A stretch of DNA of 62,946 nucleotides, the filler included, from Hyphochytrium catenoides (lineage: Eukaryota; Protista; Hyphochytriomycota), in assembly GCA_900088475.1 (NCBI GenBank). It is 12 parts of 12 records of this genome, joined end to end, with 100 filler letters (N's around TTAATTAATTAA, not from the genome) between each part and the next. Parts side by side here need not be neighbours in the genome. Positions count along the whole stretch, not along the records: positions 1 to 14,440 come from FLMG01001037.1; 11 more parts are not named here. One strand, written 5' to 3'. The position numbers were made by a program, and so were the translations under genes. The notes under the pieces are model-generated. The model was not told the origin of the DNA. It did not search any database and saw only the letters and a program-made list of their open reading frames with translations. This document shows, one piece after another, positions 1 through 12,858 of this stretch. Each line of letters starts with the position of its first letter. Positions within the stretch are counted from its first letter, which is position 1.

Positions 1-999
1 TGTTTGGAGCCAAGAAAGCTTGGGAAGAAGGTAAAGTTCTGTCTCCTTGCTGCAGACAATGCCCTTCTGAAACTCGTTGTCTGACGATCTCACTTCCTGT
101 CGCAGCGGAAGAAGTGGACCAGACGCCCCTGATGGCCTCGTCATCGATGTATCAGTATCACAGAGAGCGATATTATAACGACAAGTTTACCACTTTGTAG
201 CTGGGAGGTTAGAGAGGTCCGGAGGCCAGGAGAAGAGTGAACAGAATAGAGAGAGATAGGAAAGGACCATAGTAGGCGGTTTTCTTGCTACAGAGTCTGA
301 CGCGTCTGTGGTAGAGTACAAGCTCTATATATGTACAGCTTTATGAAGTAAGCGCTAAGGAAAGCGGCTCGCCCTGCCCGCCACCATTCGGGTTAGGTAT
401 ATGTTCCAACATGACGGACTCGGAAAGAAGCCACGTACTGGGCCAGGAGTAGATAAGTCCAGGAATGAGAAGTGGTGGAAGGGAGCGATTGCAGGCCAAA
501 GCTTCTACAATTTGCCGCATCTCTCACTGGATCTTGGCCGCCAAGAAGAGATAGCAAAGGCCCGAATTATGTCAATTCCTCTTCTGTAAGCGCCTCAGCT
601 TCATGAATATGAGAACTTTCAGTTGAGCGTTGATCCCTATTTTTCTTCCCTGACTTTCTGTTGAGGTTCTTGAGCACAGCGACGAGGTTTGCTTGGAAGA
701 ATTCGCGCTGATCATTTACGCTCGGTCCTTCCCCTTCATCGTCCACGTTCTTCTTCCCCTTGGACATCGAAGAATAACAGCTCTGGAGCGGCTCTGAGTG
801 AACGAGATGGGTTGAGCAACGAAAAGTCTTTCAGCTATAAGGCAGCCCCTCTATATTTCTGTGCAGAATCTCGGCTGCATAAACAAGCCCTACTAATCAC
901 AGCTTACCTCTCAGACCTTCATCGTCAATCCATTGCCGGAGGCTGTGAATATGAATGCGATCATCAGTCTCATGCCAGGTCGTAGGTGCCGTGAAGCAT

Positions 1000-2300
1000 G
1001 TTTAAAGAAAAATAAGGAGAAGCTGATACACCAAGAACCAGAGGTAGAAATTAATGGGGTGTGTAGATCACCTTAGGTGGCTCATTCTCTCCAGCAGAAG
1101 CACGCATAAATTGAGCGCATCAGGGTCTGCCTTTCCATTTCCAGCTGAGGAAAGTAGCTCTTTGCTAATGGCTGCGAAGGATGCCGAGCTACAGAGTTCC
1201 AGTAGCCTGGGCAGTAGACCTAATGGAAGGTGGAGGGAATGGAGAGATGAAGGTTACGCCAGACCATTTCTTATGGCGAGCAGAGGTTACCATCGTCAGT
1301 GGAGATATACAGGTAAATAAGTAATTCAATCATGTGTTATCCAACAATCATTGACGCTCCAGGACGCAAGAGATGTAAGGTACTACAGGCGCTTCTGCTC
1401 CTTCTTACTTTCTTCAGACAATAGGAGGAAGAATATCGAGCGGGTGCCTTTGTGCTGGAGGTTTTGCGGCTTGGCCAACAGATAGTCTACGCCTCCCAGA
1501 GAAAGGAATAGGCTGCGGTTCTAAGAGAGTCCGTCGACCAGAGAGAAAAAGAACAAGTCAGCCAACCAGGGCTTCCTTTTCCTTTCAGCGTCAAGATCAC
1601 CAAGAGAGGAGCTGTTGGAGAGCATAGACCAAGGATTGCATAGGGATATACAAACGAGGATTCTTAGGATTGGACAGAGGGACAACAACCAGCAGTTGGT
1701 CTCGCGCTGGTGAACAAACAAAAGAACTATATGGTGAGGAGATCTCATACAAAGACCCATCAAGATACACGCGCAGAAGACAAATTCAGACCTTTGCATG
1801 AAACCTCAGCAAGCGGGAGAGGTGCTCGGAGGCACAGAGGTAAGAAGGCGGGAATGTGGATGTGGCCTCCGGGGGATGTGCCAAGACGATGATGGACTCC
1901 AGAAAGGTTACATCACTCGTCTAAATAGAGCACGGAAAATCAGCGTCAGCGAAATGGAAGGGCGCATTTAGCAAGAAAGGCCCCTCCAAGCAAAGGCAAG
2001 GCCAAGCGGCTAGAAAGGTTTGCAAAAGTCCAGGAAAGGTAGGTCCAATGCTGAGTAGAAAGGAAAGCTCGGGAACATCCGCATACCTCTTGGCCCTCTA
2101 CTCTACATTTAAGGTCTTTATATACAATGGCTGCAGACTTGTGAAGAAACTGTACAAGGCCTGGAATGTCGGAGGGCTTTGGGATGGCAGGGTGTGTGAG
2201 GCTCTTATGCTCCTGTGCTCGCCTCTCAGCCTTTTCATTTCTTCGAAACCTGGAGGCAATCGTAGGACGGAAACCTACAGTGTAGAGAAGTCCAGTCAGC
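1000..2300 (+). mobile_element. Possible highly decayed Ty3/gypsy pol relic
   Basis: Short peptide remnants in broken frames resemble gypsy motifs in roughly the expected order: KLMGCVDH (~1048, cf. KLRMCIDY), IQQSLTLQDARDVRYYRRFC (~1340-1400, cf. PTPQNAKDVRSFLGLVGYYRRFI) and GNRRTETYSVE (~2255, cf. DGQTERVNRVLE). No intact ORF. Confidence 0.25.
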
Positions 2301-2649
2301 AGTTATGAAGACGTTGTGAAGATGCCGGAAGAGAGAAGGATTTTCATTGCCTTTCCCATTTCCCACTCCGGAGACAGAGCATGATGAAGCGGAGCCCAAT
2401 GGTACGCAGAGAGGTTTCAACCTGATCGATGGAGAAAAGCCACGAAGTAAAGAAGAGAAACCAGTTGAGGGCCTCTCGGTTGAGCTGGTTCCCGATATTT
2501 CGCGCCCTTGCCCTCCTTCTCATCGGCGTCATTCGGCGATGGCACCATCAGACTCTGATTGAGGTATGCGAGGAGCTCATCAAGGAACTGCCACGAGCCA
2601 GAGATTCATCAGGTCCCACAGAGACGTAACGTGCAACCAGCAAGCGCTA

Positions 2650-4210
2650 TTCAACCTACGAGGCCAGATTTTAGACGTGCCAAGGCGACTAGAAGGCGAT
2701 CTTCCCTTGGTCCTAAATGATCTTCTGCGTGCATATCCTCGTTGTCTCTGATAATGGCCAACAATGCAGGTATTAACGAGGTTTCGGGCTGCTTTGGCAA
2801 GTAATGCAGCTTTCTCCTGCCAGCGTCTTCCTGTGAAGCTAAGCCTTAGTCTCTCCAGACTAAATGCAGCAAACTAGAAGGGCAGAGGTGAGCTCTTACG
2901 CAACCTTGATCACATACAGTAGCCAATAGAAACCTGCAGCCAATTAGACAAGAATAACCTCGGTACCATTTCTTTCACTTCTGCTCGCGGCTTGACGGGC
3001 TTGTCTTCACTCTTAATTGCCAAGGGCTGCGCAGATGCTTTAGTCCTTCGTGGTCTTTCTCCCACCAGTCGTTATAAAATGGGACTCCCCTCTTCTATTG
3101 CACAATACAGAGAGACAACGCTACCTTTGCTGAGTCTAGGACTGCCTGAGGCCCATCTTCAATTCTCTGCGAAGAGTTTGCTCTATTTTCTCCATGGTTC
3201 CTTTCTCCTTTTCTCTGCTTCCACTCTAAGACCTCTACCTGTCGAAGTTAACGCCCATAGTCTCAGATGAGAAGTGAAAGCTGAAAGTAAGAAAGGCGAC
3301 AGACAACCTTTTGCTTAAGTTGCTTGATCTCGAGACGAGCCACCTTCAGGCCTGATTGAGCAGTGTGCAGCTCCTTGAGAGTAAACGTAGCAGAGCCGGA
3401 AGGTAGAATAGAAGAGAGATGAGGTTAAGACTTTCGGCGTGACAAGGGCGGGAACGTGCAAGCAGCATCGCCTTACTCCTTTCAAGTGCTGGTTACGCTC
3501 TTGCTCTTCCTGCAGTGCTTGCTGCATGACTTTCCTCTCACGCTACACAGAAAACGTAAGGGAAGTGAGGAAGGAACGAAGTCACTGACTTCAGAAGAGA
3601 CATCAGTACAAGACGAAGAGACTTTAGTAAGAGAGTCCCGTAGCAAAGGATAATATTGCGTCTTGGTGGTATGAAGGCGGAGATCATAAGATTAACCAGA
3701 AGAATTAGTTCAGTGAAAGATGGGGAATTCCAAGCACCTGGCTGAGGTCGAAGGCCGCAATCTGATCCTCAAGCTTTTTGATGCACGATTGCAGCTTACG
3801 CAGGGTCGACTGATATTTCTGCAAACAGGGCACTAGTAAGAACGACGGAGACGACAGCCAAGGAGCTTCGGCAGTTCTATGAGAAACGGGAAAGGGCCAA
3901 AAGCTTGCTGACTCACTTGCTCCAGGGTTTCAAGAGTGGATGATGCTAAGTTGTCGGCAAACTGGACGATCTCTGTCTGATGATGGCTTCGGATCTGAGT
4001 GATCTCCTTCTCTTTGGCGAGTATGGCCTTCTCTTTGCTAAGTAGTCTCTCCTCGTTTCGCCGAAGCTCGTCTCTGCCACGACGTAGTTCCTCCTCTTGG
4101 CGCTTGAGTTCATCGTCCCTCTTCCTAAGCTCGTCTCCTTTCTGCTGAAGCTGAGAGGAAAGCAGCAAGAGCTGCTTTGTGAGCTCATCTGCAGTCCGGG
4201 GATCCATCAA
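2650..4210 (-). CDS. Multi-exon coiled-coil protein, unknown function (ends uncertain)
   Basis: ORF 3833-4210 is E/K/R/L heptad-rich with a donor after LETLEQ (gtgagt). Further in-style exons at ~3740-3826 (QKYQSTLRKLQSCIKKLEDQIAAFDLSQ), ~3477-3533 (KVMQQALQEEQERNQHLK) and ~3309-3375 (ELHTAQSGLKVARLEIKQLKQK). Confidence 0.5.
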
Positions 4211-5135
4211 AGCTAATAAGTTTGTATGCTATCTGATACACCTCAGATCCTTGAGGTCGCTAGAGCAGAGTTTTGCTCCCGCCATCAGCCACCCAAGAGT
4301 TCATATCTCGGTACTCAAAAAGCTTCTGTAGAAGCAACCACAGAAACCACCCGGGTTGGTCCTTGGCAGAAGGTCAATCAGCCAAAACTCTTAGACGTAG
4401 TGTTGATGCTCAAGGCAGTGCGATCCATCATATGCTCCAAGCGACATCGTCCCCTGACTTACGATAACGACCCGTAAGCGCAGGATGAGGCCCGATCACG
4501 AGAAAGATTGATGAATCTCTGCGACATAGCTGACGTAAGGGAAGACGATTAGGCCTGGATCCACAGATGGTCTTCTGCTCTCACTCCCACTCATTTCTTC
4601 GCCGGTGACATCGAATTTTGCATCACACAGATCTGAAGCTGCCAGCAACGCAATGAGAATCTGCATCACAATGATTCTTTCTGAAGCTTTTCAGAAAATG
4701 CACCTAAAAGGTTTGAAAATGGAGGGAACATTCTAAAGGTAATCATATTTAGAGATGAGTGATAACCTATCACTAAGATCTACCAGGTTGAAGTCATCTG
4801 ATCTTCGATGTCTGATTCTGAAGCTTCGTTCTTTCATCTTGAGCTCACATCTGAAGAGGCAGCTAGCCCATAATCACGGCTGACTGCTGAACCGCAGCAG
4901 GTTAGAGAGACGGCTGGAGCTGCAGAGTCTGCAGGAGAGAGCGAGACTCAGGCCTGGAAAGGCAAACCTCGAGGCTCCGATTGTATGACAATTGGCGGCA
5001 AGGAGAAAGCTAAGGGGACGACAGGCATGCTAGTCCACTGAACTAAGAATCGGCTTCTGAAGAGGATAACGTAGGGTGCGACACGGCCGTCGACCGGAGA
5101 GCCAGTACAGCCAGGGTCGACCGGGAAGGAGCATC

Positions 5136-7621
5136 ATGAGCACGGTGGAGAGTCCATCCGTTGAGGTGGAGGCTTCCGTTCCTCTGACAGAAACCCCAGA
5201 AAAGGCTGGCCCGGTAGTATTGGAAACCAACGATGAGGCGAGCAAAGTGCCTCCTTCTTCGTCATTGAAGATTGACACCACAGTCATCGTCATACCTCCG
5301 CTACCTCCCCCTCCAATTCTTTCTCCAGCCTCAATAGCCATTGTTAGAGAAAAATCACGTCAGAGCATTGACGAGATGACGCTCAGTCTCGCTGCAGATC
5401 TGCGAGAAGCTCAAAACAACGGCGTGGCGAGAGCCTTCATGAAAGCTGCGGTACAGCTTGTAGGTCGGCAGGTGGAGATGTATCGGAACGCCAGGCAGCT
5501 GCAGGAAGTCTTAAAGACAGCACAGGAAAGGAATCAGATTCGTGCTAGCGTGGCCAGAGAAATCCAGGCCTTGCTGGCCAATTCTATGGATGATCAACCC
5601 GTGTTTACCTCCTCGACAAGTTCCAATAAGCAATCACTCAGCGGCATTCTGAAGATAGGCAGCTGGAAAGGTGGCCAGGTCAAGTTTGAAGAAGCTTGGA
5701 CGGTTCTCTCGAAAGAGACCTCGACTTTGCGTTTCTATGCGCGGCAGCCGTTAGCCAATCCCCCAGTCCCGCCAACCCCTCCCCAGCCTACGGATAAGCC
5801 TGCTGTCCAGAGCAGTGAGGGCAAGAAGGAAGTCGACTCAAGCTTTGTAGGTAGCCTCTCTGGTCTGACAGCCAAACTGGACGCGCTGAGGACTACAAAG
5901 ATGGCCAATCTACCGACTCTTTCTCTCAGCGGCTTTCTAGGGACGGATCAGGAGGTAAATTTTGATGATCTACGCTACGAGCGGTACGATAGAGATAACT
6001 GACTGAGGACTCTCCTCACGTTCTTTTAGGAACAGGAAGAGGAGCTGGTACTAGAGATAAAGCTTGATGGCTACATAGTGCGAGAAATGAAGACAAAGCA
6101 GGGTCACACGGGAAGCTTAGAGAACTGTTTTGAGCTTGTTGACCCGCTAAAGAGTCTTGGTCGAGCCTTAGAGGCCCGAGACCCATCCGATAAGCTCATC
6201 TGGATATCAGAGCTTGCAAAGTGTTGCCACGGCCAGCTCTTCGACCTTGCGCGACGTTGTTACACGGCGGAGAATCAGGAGGCGTTTGTACGGGCAATGC
6301 GACAGCCCTGCGTGGTTCCTACGGCTTTGCTCAGAAGGATCATAGGCGACGCAGACTCTGCAGGAAACAAACGCAGACACAGTGAGAATTTGGCAGGTAG
6401 GTACTGGACAAATATGTTGGCCGGCATCGATCTGGCGGGGCCTTCTAAGGAGCACCGAAATGGTGCGTGGTGCATAAATGGTATCTCTAGAAGGGTTCAC
6501 CCGCACTCGATGTTACCACCCTCTGGTTGAGCGTGCCTAGAGGAGCTGCAATAGGGGAGGTTACAGTTGGCCGCATATACACCCAATTGCATGGGCTTGG
6601 GCAAGCTAAAGCTTCCATTTCATGGGTTTTCTTATTCAAACTTTCTTATTAGTTGCACAGGTGATCCGAGACGTAGAGCGTGACTTAGTGTGTATGAACG
6701 GCGAGCTGGTTCGAGGGCAGGATGGCATTGAATATGTTTTGGGCTCCCTGGCTCTCAGAGTGATGAAAGGACTAGAGCTGCTGGAGAAGAAGGAAAAGCT
6801 GGGAGACTTAGGAAGCAAAGGAACCAATGACTCCGTGAGCCCAAGAAATTGTCTGACGCGCCTAGAAGCCCAGGTAACTTCTTACGTGCATGAGATCCGT
6901 CATATGAGCCTCAAAATGGCGCCTCCCTCCTATGGTTTGATAGAGCCTCAACCTTTCTCCTTCTCCCACATCGTCTTTCGGTCGCTATGGCTGTATAACA
7001 GTCTCAATGCACTGCTACTCTTAGAAGTCCTTCTGGACTAGTGGTGTCATATGCTGTCTGCTTATAACCTACAAGGATCCTTCGCCTCCGTTGAACTCGT
7101 TCTCACGCTCGGACAGGCCTTCGCCTTTGCTGAGAGGGTTTTGCATGGGACAACAAGGACACAAAGCGGTGGGGACATCTTTGACGCGATAACCGCGATC
7201 TGCAAGAACCCACGTTGTCTTATTGTACCTGTTAATTCGGAAGCTGATCCGCTGGAACTCAACGTCACTGTGGAGGAGAATGACCTGGTAAGGAATTTGT
7301 CAGAAGGCTCCACGCCAAACGCTTGATTTCCCACTTTATGGACTCTCCTCTGCCGTTAGACTGTTGCTTGACTCATGATTTGCAGGCTTGGGCACGGGAC
7401 CAACCTGGGTTTTTCGTGCGTGTATGACTGCTGACACCTCTTCTACTTACCAGGTTGTTGATGCGCGCTCTACTCTTCGTTTCCGTATTGTCCCTACTGA
7501 CGGAGATGAACGAGCGGAGTGGGCCAAGTTAGCGGGCAAGCTAGACAGGCGCTTTGTGTTTGGGCATCCTCCGGGATGGGGAAGCGTGACGATCACGGCA
7601 GAACCGCCGGCGATGGCTTAA
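5136..7621 (+). CDS. PH-domain-containing protein (split PH) with uncharacterised C-terminal domain
   Basis: Exons ~5136-5954, 6030-~6396, 6653-6873, ~7077-7287 and ~7386-7621 with GT-AG ends. PH N-half LSGILKIGSWKGGQVKFEEAWTVLSKETSTLRFY; C-half LEIKLDGYIVRE...ENCFELVD...LEARDPSDKLIWISEL. Confidence 0.65.
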
Positions 7622-7856
7622 CAATTCATTGACTCTCTGCGCTCTTCCTCCTGTCCTTTATTTATCTTCTTATAGGAGGCAGCTGCCTTACTGCTCGAAG
7701 AGCTAATTATTTGGTCACTTCCTCCGCAACCCACTTGACGTTCTTTACGTCTCCAGGACAAGCTCTAACTTCCCATAACCATTCGCCGCCACCTAAAGCG
7801 CTTCTACCCATATCATGACTTGTTCAACATCTTCTTTCTGTTTTCTCGTCTACCAA

Positions 7857-10434
7857 CTAATTCTCGTAGACAAGGGCTCCACAGTCCCCTCTCAGGCCAA
7901 TCTTCCCCTCGCCATCGCTACTCTCAAAGCCCTTTGGACACACACACAGTCCAGACTTTCGATCTATGGCAAGGAAAAGGGAAAAAAGGAGAAAGGCGAA
8001 TGAGTTATGAGAGCCAGTGGCCCAGAGTAATAGAGCAGCGATGTCGTGAATAGACTGAGAGAGGTGTGCGTAGGAAGCTATAAGGACAACCGATGTTGTC
8101 AGTACACCAAAAAGTTGACAGACAAACACACTGAGATATTCACTGGGCTGGCGAGGTAAAGGATATTCTCAGAGACAGTGAGAGGAAGGAAATTGAGCTG
8201 CGACAGAGACAGGAAGAGGTGAACTTCTGACCGCATCGTCCCTGTCCTGAGCACTCCAGGTTTTCGTAGGTTCCAACTCTCTCTCTCACTGGGGAGGTGA
8301 CGGTGGCGTCCACAAGATTTGATGTGTCCAAACCTATCAAGGGAAGAGTACCTAGCTCTGTTCGAAAGGTAATGATGGTCTTGACCGTAGCTGGAGACCG
8401 GGAAGTGAGACAGAGATTAGCTTCATCAGGCTGCCTAGCGTCTTTGGCTCGCCGACCCTCAACATCCTGATAAACCCTAGTAGGCAAGACTCTCTATTGC
8501 TATCGCTGTTCAGAGCAGTCTTCAACACAAGTCGTGGAGGCTCCTTCCTCTTAGGAGTTGTCCCTTTACCTGTTGGGGAGCACACCGCTCCGCTTGGCTG
8601 GGTTATTACGTTCACATAGCCGATTCTGTCATATGAGGGAGCACACAGGTGAGATGGTGCTGCACAGTTATAGATAAGACGCCGGGCCAAGCAAGAAGAA
8701 GAAGCATTTCTCTTTCGTGGGAAGACTCCGAGAACATAGAGTCACATTAGCGTCAACTGTCGAAGAGGACTGGACTGAGGCTGTCAATGGGAACAGATAG
8801 GTAGTCAAGATAAAAGACAATCCAGTCCTCTCACGTTGAAAGGCTCAGTAGAGCGTGCTGCACGTCTGACGTCTGGTCGCTATAAAGAATAGGCTAGGGA
8901 ACAGTGGCAAAGCGTTAGGTGAGGTGCATGTCAGGCCAAGAAACAAGCTGGTAACAAAGAGCTCAGTGGAGAGATTAAAAGTTATGGTCACACTCTCAAG
9001 CCGGTAATCCAAAGGAAACGTTAAGGAAGAGGATCTTGGGAATTTACCTTGGTGGTCTCTCCTCGGAAGGAGATGGTGAAGGATCCTCCTGATGCGGAGC
9101 ATGTGAAGCTATGCTGCTCAGTCGCCCTGGGACCAGGACGTGATGGGTTGTCTCCCGTTGGACATGAACCTGACGGCGCGTAAACCAAATAAACAGAAAA
9201 GAAAGACAGATAAGCAGCGGCAAATCAGGGACGGAGACCCGATAGGAGATACAGAAGCGGAGTTATAAAGAGCGCAGAGAGAGATGGAAAGAAGGAGCAT
9301 GAGAGTCTGATGATGGTGGACTAAAGGTAGTCATCCCTGTCGATTAAGAAGGTGTCTTACGCATTGAACAGTCATAGCCCAGCATGTTTGAGGCATCTAC
9401 GCCGACAAATCTTCCAGCTTCACAGTGGCAGCCGAAGATCATCTCAGCATCCCACGTTTCAGCCTAACCTCGCAGCAAGACAACAGAGCGAGAACAAAGG
9501 TAGGTAAGTGCAGAATAGAATGCCATCCGAGCCAAAACGTTTTCCAGCTTAGACACAGCAAGCTCCAGGGAGCAATATGAACGTAGTGGAAGAGAGGGAA
9601 GAATCATGCACTGTGTCTTTTCATATAACTGAACCTTCCAACTCTCTCCGTAAGTGAAGCCTGCCGGCTGACCGTTCACAGTGCCCAACAAGGCAGCTTG
9701 TCGCATAGAGCGACAGATACCGGCACCAGAGCAAGTCCTGCCCTGAGCATTGACAGGACAAGACACTACGAGGTGGAGCAAAGGAGAGCGACTGAGGTGA
9801 GGAGATAACGAGGAGAGAGACGACGACCGAAGAAGTCTACTGACGGCGATTGCAAGATGCTCCCGAGAAGCCTTCTCGACAGCGACACGTCCCGTTTCTC
9901 TGATCGCAGGTGCCCTGCTTAGGTTGAAGGCCAACCATTGAAAGCCCAAGGAGTCAAGTTAGCATTTGATGGTACCAGCACTTGTGCCATTAGGTAAAGA
10001 AGAGGAAGCAGACAAGGGCACATGGCAAGAGATACTAGAGAAGCGAGAGAGTGTGAGAGAAATGCACAGAGAGAGAGAGACAAAGCATATAGTGAATGGT
10101 TCACCGAGCATAAAAGACGAAGACTAAAGGTAGTAGAGATTGTCGGAGAGAACGAGGCGAGAGGTGTCCATATGTTCCTTACCATGCTTGAACACTCGGC
10201 CATTAGGTTGTGCGCCACATTATCCTCCACTGGCTCATGGAACCAGGAGCGGCCCTTGGGACAGCTCCCTGGCAACAGACAGACAATAATGTCAGGGAAC
10301 CGACTGTGCCCAGTGCATGCTAACAGTCAGAGCAAGCGGGAACTCCGTATCTAAAGGCCGCATAACGCTCTAGACATCAACCAGATAGGGAAGTGGGAGT
10401 GGCACAGATTTTGGCAAAGAGAAAGGCGAAGGGC

Positions 10435-10467
<33 letters not shown>

Positions 10468-12823
10468 CACACGCACAAAGAGATTGAGAGAGAGACAGCA
10501 AGTGAGAAAGGAACGTAGAGAAAGAGAGAGACAGAGAGATAGAGAACAGGGTAGAAGACTCTTTAAAGGAGCGGGAAGAGTGCAGGAGGCTGACATTCAA
10601 TCTTAGAGAAGGCGGCGCTGACTCACTCGTCTCACAGTTTCCCCCAGTCCATCCCGACATACAGGCGCAGAGGAAAGTAGGAGGACCACTGCAAGCTCCA
10701 TGTCCGCTGCACACGATTGGGACCGGAGTCCAAAGCGAGGCTGAGAGATGAGCAGCCAATGACAACGGAGAGTCAGTTCGAAGAAAGGGAAGACCTTATG
10801 AAGGATGGGTAGAGACGCGCCAGACGGCCGATGGGTCAAGAGGCAAGTGGAAAGACGAAGGCACTTATATAAGCGGGAGCGAGGGCAGATGCTAAGATGG
10901 AGATGTGTTTGGATGATCAGTCTTTGCCACGACTCTAACTATTACTGACAAACCTGGGCAGGTATTTGGAGCTCCTGGAAAGATCTCCGCTACTTCCAGC
11001 TAAGTCCGTTCGGGTGACCAAGAAGGAAAGAGAGAGAGAGCGAGAAAAAATGACAGAGACAGAGACAGAGAGACAGATTGAGTGCGAGGAGGTGAGGCAC
11101 TGCAGCTCTCTCTCTCTCATTCTCTCTCCATCTCTCTCTCTCATTCTCTCTCCATCTCTCCCTCTCTCTCTCTCTCCATCTCTCTCTCTCTCTTTTCTTT
11201 CATCGCCGTCAAGAGCTACCTGACTCCCCATGCCAGTATAGCTGCCTGACAGCGTGGAGCTCGCGAGGTAAAGAGGAGCGATGTTGCCCATTGGNNNNNN
11301 NNNNNNNNNNNNNNNNAACAGAATCCTCGCTTCAGAGCTATCTTTGCAGGCTGGCTAGACCTACAGCTCCGCACGGCCTCTTTATGCACGATAATCGTTC
11401 CTCTCTCTCTCTCTCTCTTCCTCTCTCTCGCTCTTATTAGTTGCTTTTTCCTTTCGCCCTTCCGACGACTCCATCCGCTGCTTGCTTGCCACTCCATGGA
11501 TATTTCTGTCTCTTTCACCTGTTGTTTGCACTTCCACTTGGAACTGCGGGTTGAGACTCTCTATTGCTGCCTTCACGGCCACAGCGTTGCTCGAGACAGA
11601 GACGACAGCGGACGCGCTGGCAGAAGCACTGGTCTTCAGGACAACATTGCCTTGTAGAGTCGCTCCTTGATCAGCCTTCACCTCCACTCTCTGGAGCTCT
11701 CTCGGGTGCCAGAGCCCGCAGTCACCCAGTCCTAGGGCAGAATGGAAGCCCGGGAAGCACTGGCAGACGCCGGTGGCATGATCGCAGAACCCTCTGTTAT
11801 TGCAAGGCAAGTGCTCTTTGGTACCCTTGTGATCTGGGCAAGGGAAAGGTGACCCAGGAGACTCAGCAAACTCTCCTGGTCTCAGTTGAAGACAAGCAAA
11901 GCTCGGGTTGGAAGACAGAGAGAAGATGGTAACCAGCGGCGTGGACTAACGAAGAGAAGAGACATAGTGCTCTCTTGATGAAGGGTAACAAGAGCCGATA
12001 GAGAACAGAGATACAGAGGAAAAAAGAGAGAGAGGAGGAGGAAGAGAGGGGGAGAGAGAGAGAGAGACACTTCGCCACGTGATCAAAGGGTGATAGACAG
12101 CACAGAGACGGAGAGAAACGGAGGGGAGGGCGCAGCGGAAATTTGGGGCAACTGACCGGAGACGACGTCGATGAGAGGAGGAGTGCCGGATGTAGACGCC
12201 AAAGAACTCCCGATAACCTGCCAATGAAGGGTCCTCAGCCTCTAGCTGTTAAACCTTATTCCCCAATAACTCTACGGTCACATCTCTAGGAGGACCCTCT
12301 CTCTCTCTTTCCATCTCCCTCTCTCTCTTTTGCCTTTCTCTTTTCCTGTTTCCCGCTCTCTTTCCTACCTGCAGTGTAGGAGGATTGGACCACTGACTGC
12401 TTGTGAAGGTGAACATAGTGATGGCTTGAGGGTCAGAGCACAGCTGAGACGCCCCTCCCGCATGGGAGACAGACACCTGGTGAGTGCCTGACACGCCTAG
12501 CAAGGGGATAGACTGTTGCGCGAGAGAGATCAGAAGAGAGTGAGAGAGAAAGAGCAGAGATAGGATGACTCTTCACGCATAGGAATTACCTCTAAAGCTG
12601 CTTCCACGTCCGTGGCAGAGGCTCCATAGCTGATGGGCAAGGAGATAAAGGAACCAAAGCGAAGAAAGACGTTGCCACTGCATGTAGCGCCGCACGTGCA
12701 GCGAATGCGCTGAACTGAAGAGAAAGCACAAAGTGGGAGGGACCTAGATTGAATTTTGCTGATAACCGCAGCGGACAAAGTGTAGAGAGGACGTAGGGAG
12801 AGAAGGAAAGGGCTGAGAGGTTC

Positions 12824-12858
<35 letters not shown>

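Noticed and set aside
10600-11000. Two separate tandem EGF genes
   Set aside because: An in-frame GT-AG path (LEVAEIFPGAPNTCP/ASLWTP) joins them into one gene.
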